Part shown: in pieces, positions 9,093 to 17,371 of the stretch
Numbering within the stretch: the first letter of the stretch is position 1
Layout of the letters: every line of letters starts with the position of its first letter
Source of the DNA: Desulfurellales bacterium
GTDB lineage: Bacteria > Campylobacterota_A > Desulfurellia > Desulfurellales > Hippeaceae
DNA: 64,000 nucleotides
NCBI GenBank assembly: GCA_027035885.1
Contig: JALVTR010000135.1
Coordinates: 9,964 to 73,963, forward strand
Reading direction: 5' to 3'
Notes under the pieces: generated by a model
Database searches by the model: none
What the model saw: the letters and a program-made list of their open reading frames with translations, nothing else
What the model was told of the DNA's origin: nothing
Made by a program: the position numbers and the translations under genes

Positions 9093-10307
9093 CTAAAATG
9101 AATAGATTGAATCTGCAAATTCTATAGCTTCCAAGTAATATTTATTGATGTTCTCATCACTCAATTCATGCTTTTCTATTGTTTTTTCGGCATTCAAAAA
9201 ATCACCGTTTTCATATAGGGTTATAAACTCTAAGAGCTCCCGATAGGAGTTTAGTTTTCCCAAAAGTGCATCTTTTATATCGTTATCTAAATAGTTCATT
9301 TCCTTTAAGATATCTTCCAATTTCACCCCCAAAATTGAGTCAATCAAGGAGAATAAACCCATATAATAAGCGTTCTCTGACTTCAATTTAAAGGGCTTTG
9401 CTAAAAGTTCTGCAAACTTTGCCCTAACGGTAGAGATGATTACAAGCTCTTGTGGCTTGTCTTCTGCAAGTTTTGATACCATGAGCATATTGAGCCACTC
9501 TTTTGTTTTATTTAAACCCAAAAGTGACACAGCTTTTTTAACCGTTTTGACTTTTGCTCTTAAGCCAAAGTACGGTGAGTTTACAAGAGCGAGAAGTTTG
9601 GTGTTTAGGTATATGTCTCCGCTTATTAAGTCTATTATGCCTTCGATTTCGCTATTTGGATCGTTTATTAACCTCAGTGCCTTAACTATGTTTGCCTGAT
9701 ACGGTGCCAATCCCCTTTTTGCTTCTATTACGGGTTTTGTGAAGTAAAACCCTTGAAACAGTTCGAAACCGAGCTCAGTGGCAAACTTATAATCATCCTC
9801 TGTTTCAACCTTTTCAGCTAACAGCTTCAGCTTGTACTTTTTGTACTTTTCAACCTGCTTTTTGATTTCGTTCCTTGATAGCTCTAAGAAGTCAACCTTT
9901 ATAATGTCTGCTAACTTTACCATTTCCTGAAGGTGGTCTAAAAAAACGAAATCGTCCAGTGCTATTAAATAGCCTTGCTCTTTTGCATTTTTTAAAGATT
10001 TTATTATCTCTTTTTCTGCTACAACATCTTCCAATACTTCTACAACTATTTTTTCTTTGGGTAACATTTTATAAATTTTTTCTAAAATTAAATCCCTTGT
10101 GAAATTTATGAACACGCGGCCGTTTTTGGCTATTTTATCTATGCCCATATTTATAAACGCATTAACAATAACCCTGCTTGTGGCGGCATTTCCGTCCAAG
10201 TTAGTTTGAGAGATGTTTCTATCTATATTTTCCCTGTATAGAAGTTCATAACCAAATGTTTTTCCGTTTTTATCAAGTATAGCCTGTCTTCCGATTAAGA
10301 ATTCCAT
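9093..10307 (-). CDS. EAL-HDOD domain protein (YuxH/PdeH-like)
   Basis: GYELLYR, ALDDF, IIKVD, LAEKVET, LFQGFYF in the EAL domain; C-terminal HDOD (LVNSPYFG, MGLFSLIDSILG). Confidence 0.88.
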   Translation of the reverse strand: MEFLIGRQAILDKNGKTFGYELLYRENIDRNISQTNLDGNAATSRVIVNAFINMGIDKIAKNGRVFINFTRDLILEKIYKMLPKEKIVVEVLEDVVAEKEIIKSLKNAKEQGYLIALDDFVFLDHLQEMVKLADIIKVDFLELSRNEIKKQVEKYKKYKLKLLAEKVETEDDYKFATELGFELFQGFYFTKPVIEAKRGLAPYQANIVKALRLINDPNSEIEGIIDLISGDIYLNTKLLALVNSPYFGLRAKVKTVKKAVSLLGLNKTKEWLNMLMVSKLAEDKPQELVIISTVRAKFAELLAKPFKLKSENAYYMGLFSLIDSILGVKLEDILKEMNYLDNDIKDALLGKLNSYRELLEFITLYENGDFLNAEKTIEKHELSDENINKYYLEAIEFADSIYSF

Positions 10308-10316
10308 GATTCTACC

Positions 10317-10799
10317 TCAAGGAGTTGATAGGTATTCGTTTATGCTCATTGTTTCATAAGCCCTTGATGTTATGTATTTGAACACCTTTGAAAGCGTTTT
10401 TGGCCTTAAGTAACCTGGTATTGTGAGTATAGGTTTAAAGTTTTTGTTACAAAACACTATGAAGGGGGTTGAACCTCTGAAGTCGTACATCTGTGCAAGG
10501 TCTTCTGTTTGTAGTTTAAGTTCGCCTTTTGCGGAGGGTAGTAAATATGTGTTGGTTTCATTAACGTGTATTGTATACACAGTCATGTTTCTCTCTTCTT
10601 GTCTAAGTTCTTTATTTTCTTTTAAGTCCCTGTGTAATTTTTTGCAATAAGGACATGTTGTGCTATCAAAGATTAAAACAACGAATTTGCCGTTACTTTT
10701 CAACTTCACTGTGCTATTTGAAGTTTTTTTGCTTGAGCATCCTGTTAAGATTACAAGGGAGAAAAGTAGAAAAAAGCTGAAATTTAAGAATTTTTTCAT
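10317..10799 (-). CDS. Thioredoxin-fold lipoprotein (SoxW/Thioredoxin_2-like)
   Basis: Lipobox ILTG-C, CPYC active site, cis-Pro loop GSTPFIVF, IPGY. Confidence 0.8.
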   Translation of the reverse strand: MKKFLNFSFFLLFSLVILTGCSSKKTSNSTVKLKSNGKFVVLIFDSTTCPYCKKLHRDLKENKELRQEERNMTVYTIHVNETNTYLLPSAKGELKLQTEDLAQMYDFRGSTPFIVFCNKNFKPILTIPGYLRPKTLSKVFKYITSRAYETMSINEYLSTP

Positions 10800-10860
10800 T
10801 GCATAACTTCCTTTCTAAGATATTTTATCAAAAATTTTTTATCAATGTAAAGGTTTAAAA

Positions 10861-11259
10861 TCATTTGGATATAGTGAAGTAGTCGCTAAACTTATAATTG
10901 CTTTCGTTATCTTTGTAGTAAATGACTATCCTAACACGGTTATCTTTACTTTCACCAAAACCCATCACAAATCCTTTTGGTATTTTCCATTGAAATTTTC
11001 CCTCAAGTACACAGTTGTTGCAAGAATTTATAATCCCAGCGTAGTGTCCGCCAATCAAAACGGCTATGCAAACAATTCCCTCGTTGAAACCTTTCCATCT
11101 AATTGCGTAAGTTTTTCCCTCATACCAAGCAATTCCTTTCTTTGGCGATATGATTTTAGGTGCTGACTTTCTTGCGTATTGCCCTTCTGCGTAAGTTGTT
11201 TGGATTGTAAGTAGAACTGCTGCAATTGTGATAAGTATAGCACATTTATTTAACTTCAT
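10861..11259 (-). CDS. Secreted hypothetical protein, probable Ig-like beta-sandwich (Ser/Thr-rich GPI-anchored/Kre9-like N-terminal pattern)
   Basis: Signal peptide ending TTYA-E; IISPKKGIAWYEGKTYAIRW pattern; G-x-F-x-W-KIP; internal CNNC. Confidence 0.6.
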   Translation of the reverse strand: MKLNKCAILITIAAVLLTIQTTYAEGQYARKSAPKIISPKKGIAWYEGKTYAIRWKGFNEGIVCIAVLIGGHYAGIINSCNNCVLEGKFQWKIPKGFVMGFGESKDNRVRIVIYYKDNESNYKFSDYFTISK

Positions 11260-11378
11260 CTGTTACCTCTAAAATCTATTATTAGTTTTTTAACTTACAA
11301 TTATGTTTAAGTCAAGTTTTTTGTGATATATTTGTTATTTTTTGTGGAAAAAGGCTGTAAAAAGTTTAAAATCCAGCC

Positions 11379-12131
11379 ATGGAGTGTGACAAGATTTTAC
11401 AAAATCTTGCAAAGGATAGAGTGTCCTCATCCAATACCATAGCTTTAAAGATGATAGACTGTAGCATTGAGCTGTTTGATAGGTGCGACTACAGGGGATT
11501 GATTGAAAATATAATAGAAAATCAACCGTCGATGGTTGTTGTTTTAAATGTGGCAGATAGGATATTAAAGGTGAATAGCAAAAAAGAATTGTTAGAATTG
11601 AAAAACGAATTTTTGAAAGCGGAAGAAAACACGGTCAATAAGGCAGTCGAGAGGTTAAAAGACTATAAAAGGATTGCAACGATTTCTTATTCAAGAACTG
11701 TTTTGAATACTCTTAAATTGATAAGGCCAAAGAAAGTTTTTGTCTCTGTTTCACATCCGGCTAATGAAGGTGAGAGATTGGCTCAAGAGCTATTGGCAGA
11801 AGGAATTGGTGTTGTTTTATTTGAGGATGCGGCTTATTCTGTTGTAATGAGGAATGTTGAGATAGTTTTTATTGGTGCAGATGCCGTATTTGAGGATTGC
11901 GTTGTTAATAAGATTGGCAGTTTCCCTCTTGCTTTGCTTGCCGATTATTTTAAGAAGGATTTCTTTGTTTTAGCCAATAAGTTTAAATTCTTAAGTGATG
12001 ATCTAAAGGGGAGATATAGAATTTTGGAGATGGATCCGTTGGAGATTACGCGTTTGAATTGTGAAGTGGTTAATGTCTATTTTGAGAGGCTTCCTTTAAA
12101 TTTTGTGAAAGAAATAATATCGGGGGAATAG
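11379..12131 (+). CDS. eIF-2B alpha/beta/delta (IF-2B) family protein
   Basis: ATISYSRTV, EGERLAQEL, FIGADAV, VVNKIGSFPLALLA; lacks the MtnA RGAP and THCN motifs. Confidence 0.85.
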   Translation: MECDKILQNLAKDRVSSSNTIALKMIDCSIELFDRCDYRGLIENIIENQPSMVVVLNVADRILKVNSKKELLELKNEFLKAEENTVNKAVERLKDYKRIATISYSRTVLNTLKLIRPKKVFVSVSHPANEGERLAQELLAEGIGVVLFEDAAYSVVMRNVEIVFIGADAVFEDCVVNKIGSFPLALLADYFKKDFFVLANKFKFLSDDLKGRYRILEMDPLEITRLNCEVVNVYFERLPLNFVKEIISGE

Positions 12132-12134
12132 AAG

Positions 12135-13088
12135 ATGGAGTTTTTGTTTGGTCCAGTGCCGTCTCGTAGATTGGGTTTGAGTTTGGGTATAAACATCATT
12201 CCGCACAAGACATGCACGTATAACTGTGTTTACTGTGAGGTTGGAAGAACTACGAATTTGACGGTAGTGAGAAAGAGCTTTTACGACCCTGAGGTCATCA
12301 AACGTGAGTTTGTGGGGAATATCGATAAGGTTGGTAAAATTGACTACGTTACGTTTTCTGGTAGTGGTGAGCCAACATTGAACAAAGATATAGGTGAGCT
12401 TATCAGATTTGTTAAGGGCAAGGGCTATAGAACATGTGTTTTAACAAATGGTAGTTTGCTTTATTTAGACGATGTAAAAAACGATTTGATGGAAGCCGAT
12501 GTTGTTATACCGAGTTTGGATAGTGCGAGGAGGAAGAGTTTTTCAAAGGTAAATAGGCCGCATCATAGTTTGATTTTAAAGAAGATTGTTGATGGTATAA
12601 GGGATTTTACAAAAGAATTTAAAGGTAAAGTTTGGCTTGAAGTTTTGTTTGTAAAGGGAGTAAACGACAGTGATGAAGATGTAAGGGCGTTGGTAGAAGC
12701 CTTAAGCACTATAAAGCCGTTTAAAATTCAAATAGGAACGGTTGATAGGCCGCCAGCTGATGATTGGGTTGAAAAGTTAAGCAATAAGGATATGATGGAC
12801 ATATATGCCTACATGAGCGCTCAATTGAATATTGAAGTTGACTTAATTGGAGGATTTAACAAAGAGAACGATAAATTCTACGAGGATGTGGAGAGGTCTA
12901 TCATTAAGCTGATAAACATTAGGCCTTGCACGGAAGATGACTTAAAGAGAATATTTAGCTTGAATGAAACTGGTTTGAAGGAAAAATTGGATAAACTTTT
13001 TGAAAAAGGGCAAGCCTTTGAGTATTATTTCGGTGGTAAACGCTTTATTGTGGGTAATAGATCGATGATGAAGGAAAAAATGGCTTGA
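12135..13088 (+). CDS. Radical SAM protein, uncharacterised TYW1/COG0731-like family
   Basis: FGPVPSRRLGLSLG, CTYNCVYC, TFSGSGEPTL, LTNGSLL; possible C-terminal winged helix. Confidence 0.88.
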   Translation: MEFLFGPVPSRRLGLSLGINIIPHKTCTYNCVYCEVGRTTNLTVVRKSFYDPEVIKREFVGNIDKVGKIDYVTFSGSGEPTLNKDIGELIRFVKGKGYRTCVLTNGSLLYLDDVKNDLMEADVVIPSLDSARRKSFSKVNRPHHSLILKKIVDGIRDFTKEFKGKVWLEVLFVKGVNDSDEDVRALVEALSTIKPFKIQIGTVDRPPADDWVEKLSNKDMMDIYAYMSAQLNIEVDLIGGFNKENDKFYEDVERSIIKLINIRPCTEDDLKRIFSLNETGLKEKLDKLFEKGQAFEYYFGGKRFIVGNRSMMKEKMA

Positions 13089-13100
13089 TGGAGGTGAGCG

Positions 13101-14090
13101 ATGGTTCATTACAATGAGTTGGGTTTTGTAAATACTAAGGAAATGTTTAAGGATGCTATGGAAAATGGATATGCAGTTCCTGCTTATAACTTTAACAACA
13201 TGGAGCAACTGCAGGCGATAATAACGGCATGTACATTAACGCAGTCGCCTGTGATACTTCAAGTATCTAAGGGTGCAAGGAACTATGCAAACCAGACGCT
13301 TTTAAGGTGGATGGCTCAGGGTGCCGTTGAGTTGATGAAGGAGATAGCAGCTGAGAACAACTTAAAAGAAATATCTATAGCCTTGCATTTGGATCATGGT
13401 GATAGCTTTGAGTTGTGTAAAAGCTGTGTAGAAATGGGGTTTTCATCTGTCATGATAGACGGAAGCCACCTACCTTACGATGAAAATGTTGAGATAACAG
13501 CCAAAGTTGTTGAATACGCCCATAAATACGATGTAACTGTTGAGGGTGAACTTGGCATTCTGGCAGGAATTGAGGATGATGTACAGGCTGAGAAAAATAT
13601 ATATACGAACCCAGATGATGTTGAGGATTTTGTAAAAAGGACTGGTGTTGATTCTTTGGCAATAGCTATCGGAACAAGCCATGGCGCTTACAAGTTTAAG
13701 GTTAGGCCAGGTGAGCAGCCACCTCCATTGAGGTTTGATATTTTAGAGGAGGTAGAGAAGAGAATTCCTGGATTTCCTATTGTTTTACATGGTGCATCAA
13801 GCGTTTTGCAAGAGTACGTGCAGATAATAAACAAGTACGGTGGAGCTTTGGAAGGCGCAGTTGGTGTACCAGAAAACCAGTTGAGGAAAGCAGCAAAGAG
13901 TGCTGTTTGTAAGATAAATATAGACTCAGATGGTAGGCTTGTTATGACGTCAAAGGTCAGGGAGGTTCTTTGGACACAACCTAAAGAGTTCGACCCAAGG
14001 AAGTATTTAGGACCTGCAAGGGAAGAGCTTATAAAGATGTACATGCGCAAGAACAAAGAGGTTTTGGGAAGCGCGTTTAGGGTTAAGTAG
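13101..14090 (+). CDS. fba: Fructose-1,6-bisphosphate aldolase class II
   Basis: YAVPAYNFNN, LHLDHG, SSVMIDGS, EGELG, GTSHGAYK, LHGASS, KINIDSD, FDPRKYL. Confidence 0.95.
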   Translation: MVHYNELGFVNTKEMFKDAMENGYAVPAYNFNNMEQLQAIITACTLTQSPVILQVSKGARNYANQTLLRWMAQGAVELMKEIAAENNLKEISIALHLDHGDSFELCKSCVEMGFSSVMIDGSHLPYDENVEITAKVVEYAHKYDVTVEGELGILAGIEDDVQAEKNIYTNPDDVEDFVKRTGVDSLAIAIGTSHGAYKFKVRPGEQPPPLRFDILEEVEKRIPGFPIVLHGASSVLQEYVQIINKYGGALEGAVGVPENQLRKAAKSAVCKINIDSDGRLVMTSKVREVLWTQPKEFDPRKYLGPAREELIKMYMRKNKEVLGSAFRVK

Positions 14091-15284
14091 ATGAGAAAAT
14101 TAAAAGAGGTTCAATTGGCAGAGGATGTTATATCCTTTAATTGGGACAAGAAGAAGGTCTTTAATCTCAAATACACGGCGCATTACGGTTTTGTCCGTAG
14201 TTTGTGTGATAAGGATTTAATTAATTCTGTAAAGAATTTTTCTTTAGAAGAAGAAAATTTTGAAAACTTTGTCCAAGTCGGTATTGGTGGTTCGGCACTT
14301 CCTGCAAGTGCCGTTTTGGCCTTTTTTAAAGGTAGCTATTTTAATTATGAAGGCAAAAAACGATACTTTGCCTTGGATAACTTGGACCCTGAACGTTTGA
14401 AACTTATTTTTTCGTTGGATTTGGATAAAACATTTTTCCACGTTGTTTCAAAGAGTGGAAAGACATCTGAGACATTATTGCAGTTTTTTATACTTTTGGA
14501 AAAGGGAAAAATAAAACCTGAGAATGTGGCGATTACGACCTCAAGAAATAGTTTTTTGGATAGTTTGGGAGATAAGCTTGGCATGGAGCGCTTCTATATA
14601 CCCGATGAGGTGGGTGGTAGATATAGTGTATTTACAACCGTTGGTCTACTTATGCTCGGTTTTTTTGGCCTTGATACACAAGCTTTTGTTGAAGGTGGGA
14701 AAAACGGTGTTAGGGCCTACAGAAATGGTTTCCCCTTTCCCAATGAATTTGTAGATTTTGCCATTGGCAATTATAATGATGGCAGAAATATCCTTGTGGT
14801 TTTCCCATATAAAGACAGGCTTCTCAGGGTTGGAGAATGGTTTAGGCAGCTTTGGGCTGAAAGCTTAGGTAAGGATGGAAAAGGGCAAACACCTGCCTTG
14901 GCTTTGGGTGTCACAGATCAGCATTCCCAATTGCAATTGTATCAGGATGGGCCAAAGGATAAGGCTTTTGTGTTTATTGACGTGCCTGAATGTTGCGATT
15001 TTAAAGCTAATAATGATTATGGTTTTGGCTTATTTAGCGGTGTAAGTATGGCAAAACTGATGGATATAGAAAAAGAAGCCACAAAGAGGGCTCTAAAAAG
15101 TAAAAGTATCCCAGTGTCCGAGATTTACATAGAAAAACCTAATGAGTTTGCTTTGGGCAATCTGCTTGTTTCTTTGATGATAGCCACAGCCAAAGCTGGT
15201 GAGGTTTTGGGCGTTGACCCATTTAATCAACCAGGAGTTGAATTGAGCAAAAGGTTTGCAAGAGAGGCTCTAAAAGATGTTTGA
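14091..15284 (+). CDS. pgi: Glucose-6-phosphate isomerase
   Basis: GIGGS, VSKSGKTSET, VGGRYSV, QLWAESLGK, DQHSQLQLY, DPFNQPGVE. Confidence 0.93.
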   Translation: MRKLKEVQLAEDVISFNWDKKKVFNLKYTAHYGFVRSLCDKDLINSVKNFSLEEENFENFVQVGIGGSALPASAVLAFFKGSYFNYEGKKRYFALDNLDPERLKLIFSLDLDKTFFHVVSKSGKTSETLLQFFILLEKGKIKPENVAITTSRNSFLDSLGDKLGMERFYIPDEVGGRYSVFTTVGLLMLGFFGLDTQAFVEGGKNGVRAYRNGFPFPNEFVDFAIGNYNDGRNILVVFPYKDRLLRVGEWFRQLWAESLGKDGKGQTPALALGVTDQHSQLQLYQDGPKDKAFVFIDVPECCDFKANNDYGFGLFSGVSMAKLMDIEKEATKRALKSKSIPVSEIYIEKPNEFALGNLLVSLMIATAKAGEVLGVDPFNQPGVELSKRFAREALKDV

Positions 15285-15669
15285 ACTTGAACTTACATAT
15301 TCTACAAAGGTTTATTATGATGATACAGATGCTGGTGGGGTCGTTTATTATGCAAATTATCTGAAGTACTGCGAAAGGGCAAAACAGGAGTTTTTCTTGA
15401 AACATGGTTGCGACCTGTTTAAACTGCATAATGAGGGTCTCTATTTAATAGTTAAACAGATAAAGGCAGAATATGTGAAAAGTTTAAAGCTTGGTGATAA
15501 GTTAGATGTTTTTGTTGGAATGAAAAGGCTAAGAAGAGCAAGCTTAGAGCTTTTGTTTGATATTAGGTCTTCTGGAGGTGTGGTGTTCAAAAGTGAAATA
15601 CAGTCTGTAATGATAGATAAAAGTAATAAAATTGTTAGATTGCCTAAATGTATAAATAATTTAATTTAA
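15277..15669 (+). CDS. ybgC: YbgC/FadM-family acyl-CoA thioesterase
   Basis: VYYDDTDAGGVVYYANYLKYCERA hotdog-fold motif. Confidence 0.88.
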   Translation: MFELELTYSTKVYYDDTDAGGVVYYANYLKYCERAKQEFFLKHGCDLFKLHNEGLYLIVKQIKAEYVKSLKLGDKLDVFVGMKRLRRASLELLFDIRSSGGVVFKSEIQSVMIDKSNKIVRLPKCINNLI

Positions 15670-15684
15670 ATTAGGGGGATTGAG

Positions 15685-17352
15685 ATGGCAAGAAGAAGCG
15701 ATGTTATGCTAAGGGGGCCAGAAAGGGCACCTCACAGATCTTTATTTAAAGCTGATGGATATACAGATATTGAATTGAATAGGCCAATAATTGCTATTGC
15801 AAATTCATATAATACAATTGTTCCGGGTCATGTTCACATGCAGCAATTAGTTGAGGCTGTTAAGTATGGAATCTATTTAGCCGGCGGAACGCCAATAGAA
15901 TTTAATGTCATTGGTGTTGATGATGGGATAGCGATGGGTCATTTGGGCATGCACTACTCACTTCCATCGCGCGAATTAATAGCAGATTCCGTTGAAACAA
16001 TGGTAAATGCCCACCCTGTTGATGGGCTTGTGATTCTACCCGCCTGTGATAAAATTGTTCCTGGCATGATGATGGCCACTGCACGTGTTAATATTCCTTC
16101 TATAATGATTTCTGGTGGTCCTATGCTTGCAGGTAGATACAACGGAACGGATATTGATGTTGCTCAAGTGTTTGAAGCTGTTGGTAAGTATTTAGGTGGA
16201 GAAATAAATGATGAGCAACTTAAAGAGATAGAGGAAGCTGGATGTCCGTCGTGTGGCTCCTGCTCTGGTATGTACTCTGCAAACTCAATTAACTGTATAA
16301 GCGAGGTTTTGGGACTTTCCCTGCCCGGCAACGGTACAATCCCTGCACCTATGGCTGCCCGTGTAAGGCTTGCCAAGATTGCTGGTATGAAGATTGTAGA
16401 GCTTGTTGAGAGAGGCATAAAACCAAGGGATATAATGACAAAAGAGGCATTTTTGAATGCAATAGCAGCTGATATGGCAATGGGCTGTTCTACAAATACG
16501 GTTTTGCACCTGTTGGCTATAGCACATGAGGCCAAAGTTGATTTGACACTTGATGATTTTGATAAAATGACGGACAAGGTGCCGGATTTGTGTGCATTTT
16601 CACCCGTTGGTCCATATCATTTACAGGACTTAGATGAAGCTGGTGGTATGATGGCTCTTTTGAATAGAATCGACCCGTTGGACATTTTGAATAGGAACTG
16701 TATTACCGTGACAGGTAAGACAATACATGAAAATTATAAAAGTACACGTGTCTATAGGGATGAGGTGATAAGATCGCTTGATAAGCCCTACTATCCAAGG
16801 GGCGGGCTGACGATTCTAAAGGGTAATCTTGCTCCAGATGGTGCTGTATTGAAGCAGTCCGGTGTGGATACGTCGATGAATAAGTTTGTGGGGCATGCAA
16901 GGGTGTTTGATAGTGAGGAAGATGCATTAAAGGCTATTTTTGCAAAAGATGTTAGCAAAGGCGATGTTGTTGTGATAAGGTATGAGGGACCTGCTGGTGG
17001 GCCTGGAATGAAGGAGATGTTGCAACCCACATCTGCCATAGCTGGTATGGGTTTTGATAAAGATGTGGCTTTAATAACGGACGGTAGGTTCTCTGGTGCG
17101 ACAAGGGGCTTGTCTGTTGGTCATATATCACCTGAAGCTGTAAGAGGCGGATTGATTGGGTTGATAGAAGAGGGTGATAAAATTGAATTTGATGTTGGAA
17201 AGAAAAGTATGAATCTGCTTGTAGATCAGAAGACGATTGAAGAGAGGAAGAAAAAATTCAAACCTAAACCACCAAAAATCAATACAGGATGGCTTAGGAG
17301 GTATGCAAAGTTGGTTGGCTCTGCATCTAAGGGAGCTGTGTTTGAAGATTAA
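15685..17352 (+). CDS. ilvD: Dihydroxy-acid dehydratase
   Basis: PGHVH, DDGIAMGH, ACDKIVPG, CGSCSGMYSANS, RYEGPAGGPGM, TDGRFSG. Confidence 0.97.
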   Translation: MARRSDVMLRGPERAPHRSLFKADGYTDIELNRPIIAIANSYNTIVPGHVHMQQLVEAVKYGIYLAGGTPIEFNVIGVDDGIAMGHLGMHYSLPSRELIADSVETMVNAHPVDGLVILPACDKIVPGMMMATARVNIPSIMISGGPMLAGRYNGTDIDVAQVFEAVGKYLGGEINDEQLKEIEEAGCPSCGSCSGMYSANSINCISEVLGLSLPGNGTIPAPMAARVRLAKIAGMKIVELVERGIKPRDIMTKEAFLNAIAADMAMGCSTNTVLHLLAIAHEAKVDLTLDDFDKMTDKVPDLCAFSPVGPYHLQDLDEAGGMMALLNRIDPLDILNRNCITVTGKTIHENYKSTRVYRDEVIRSLDKPYYPRGGLTILKGNLAPDGAVLKQSGVDTSMNKFVGHARVFDSEEDALKAIFAKDVSKGDVVVIRYEGPAGGPGMKEMLQPTSAIAGMGFDKDVALITDGRFSGATRGLSVGHISPEAVRGGLIGLIEEGDKIEFDVGKKSMNLLVDQKTIEERKKKFKPKPPKINTGWLRRYAKLVGSASKGAVFED

Positions 17353-17371
17353 TTTTTGAGGAGGATGAGAG

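Noticed and set aside
11379-14090. 5'-deoxyadenosine/MTA salvage (DHAP shunt) reading of eIF2B-like + radical SAM + aldolase
   Set aside because: That pathway needs a catalytic MtnA (THCN Cys) and a FucA-type aldolase plus a phosphorylase or kinase. Here the Cys is absent and the aldolase is a canonical FBP aldolase.
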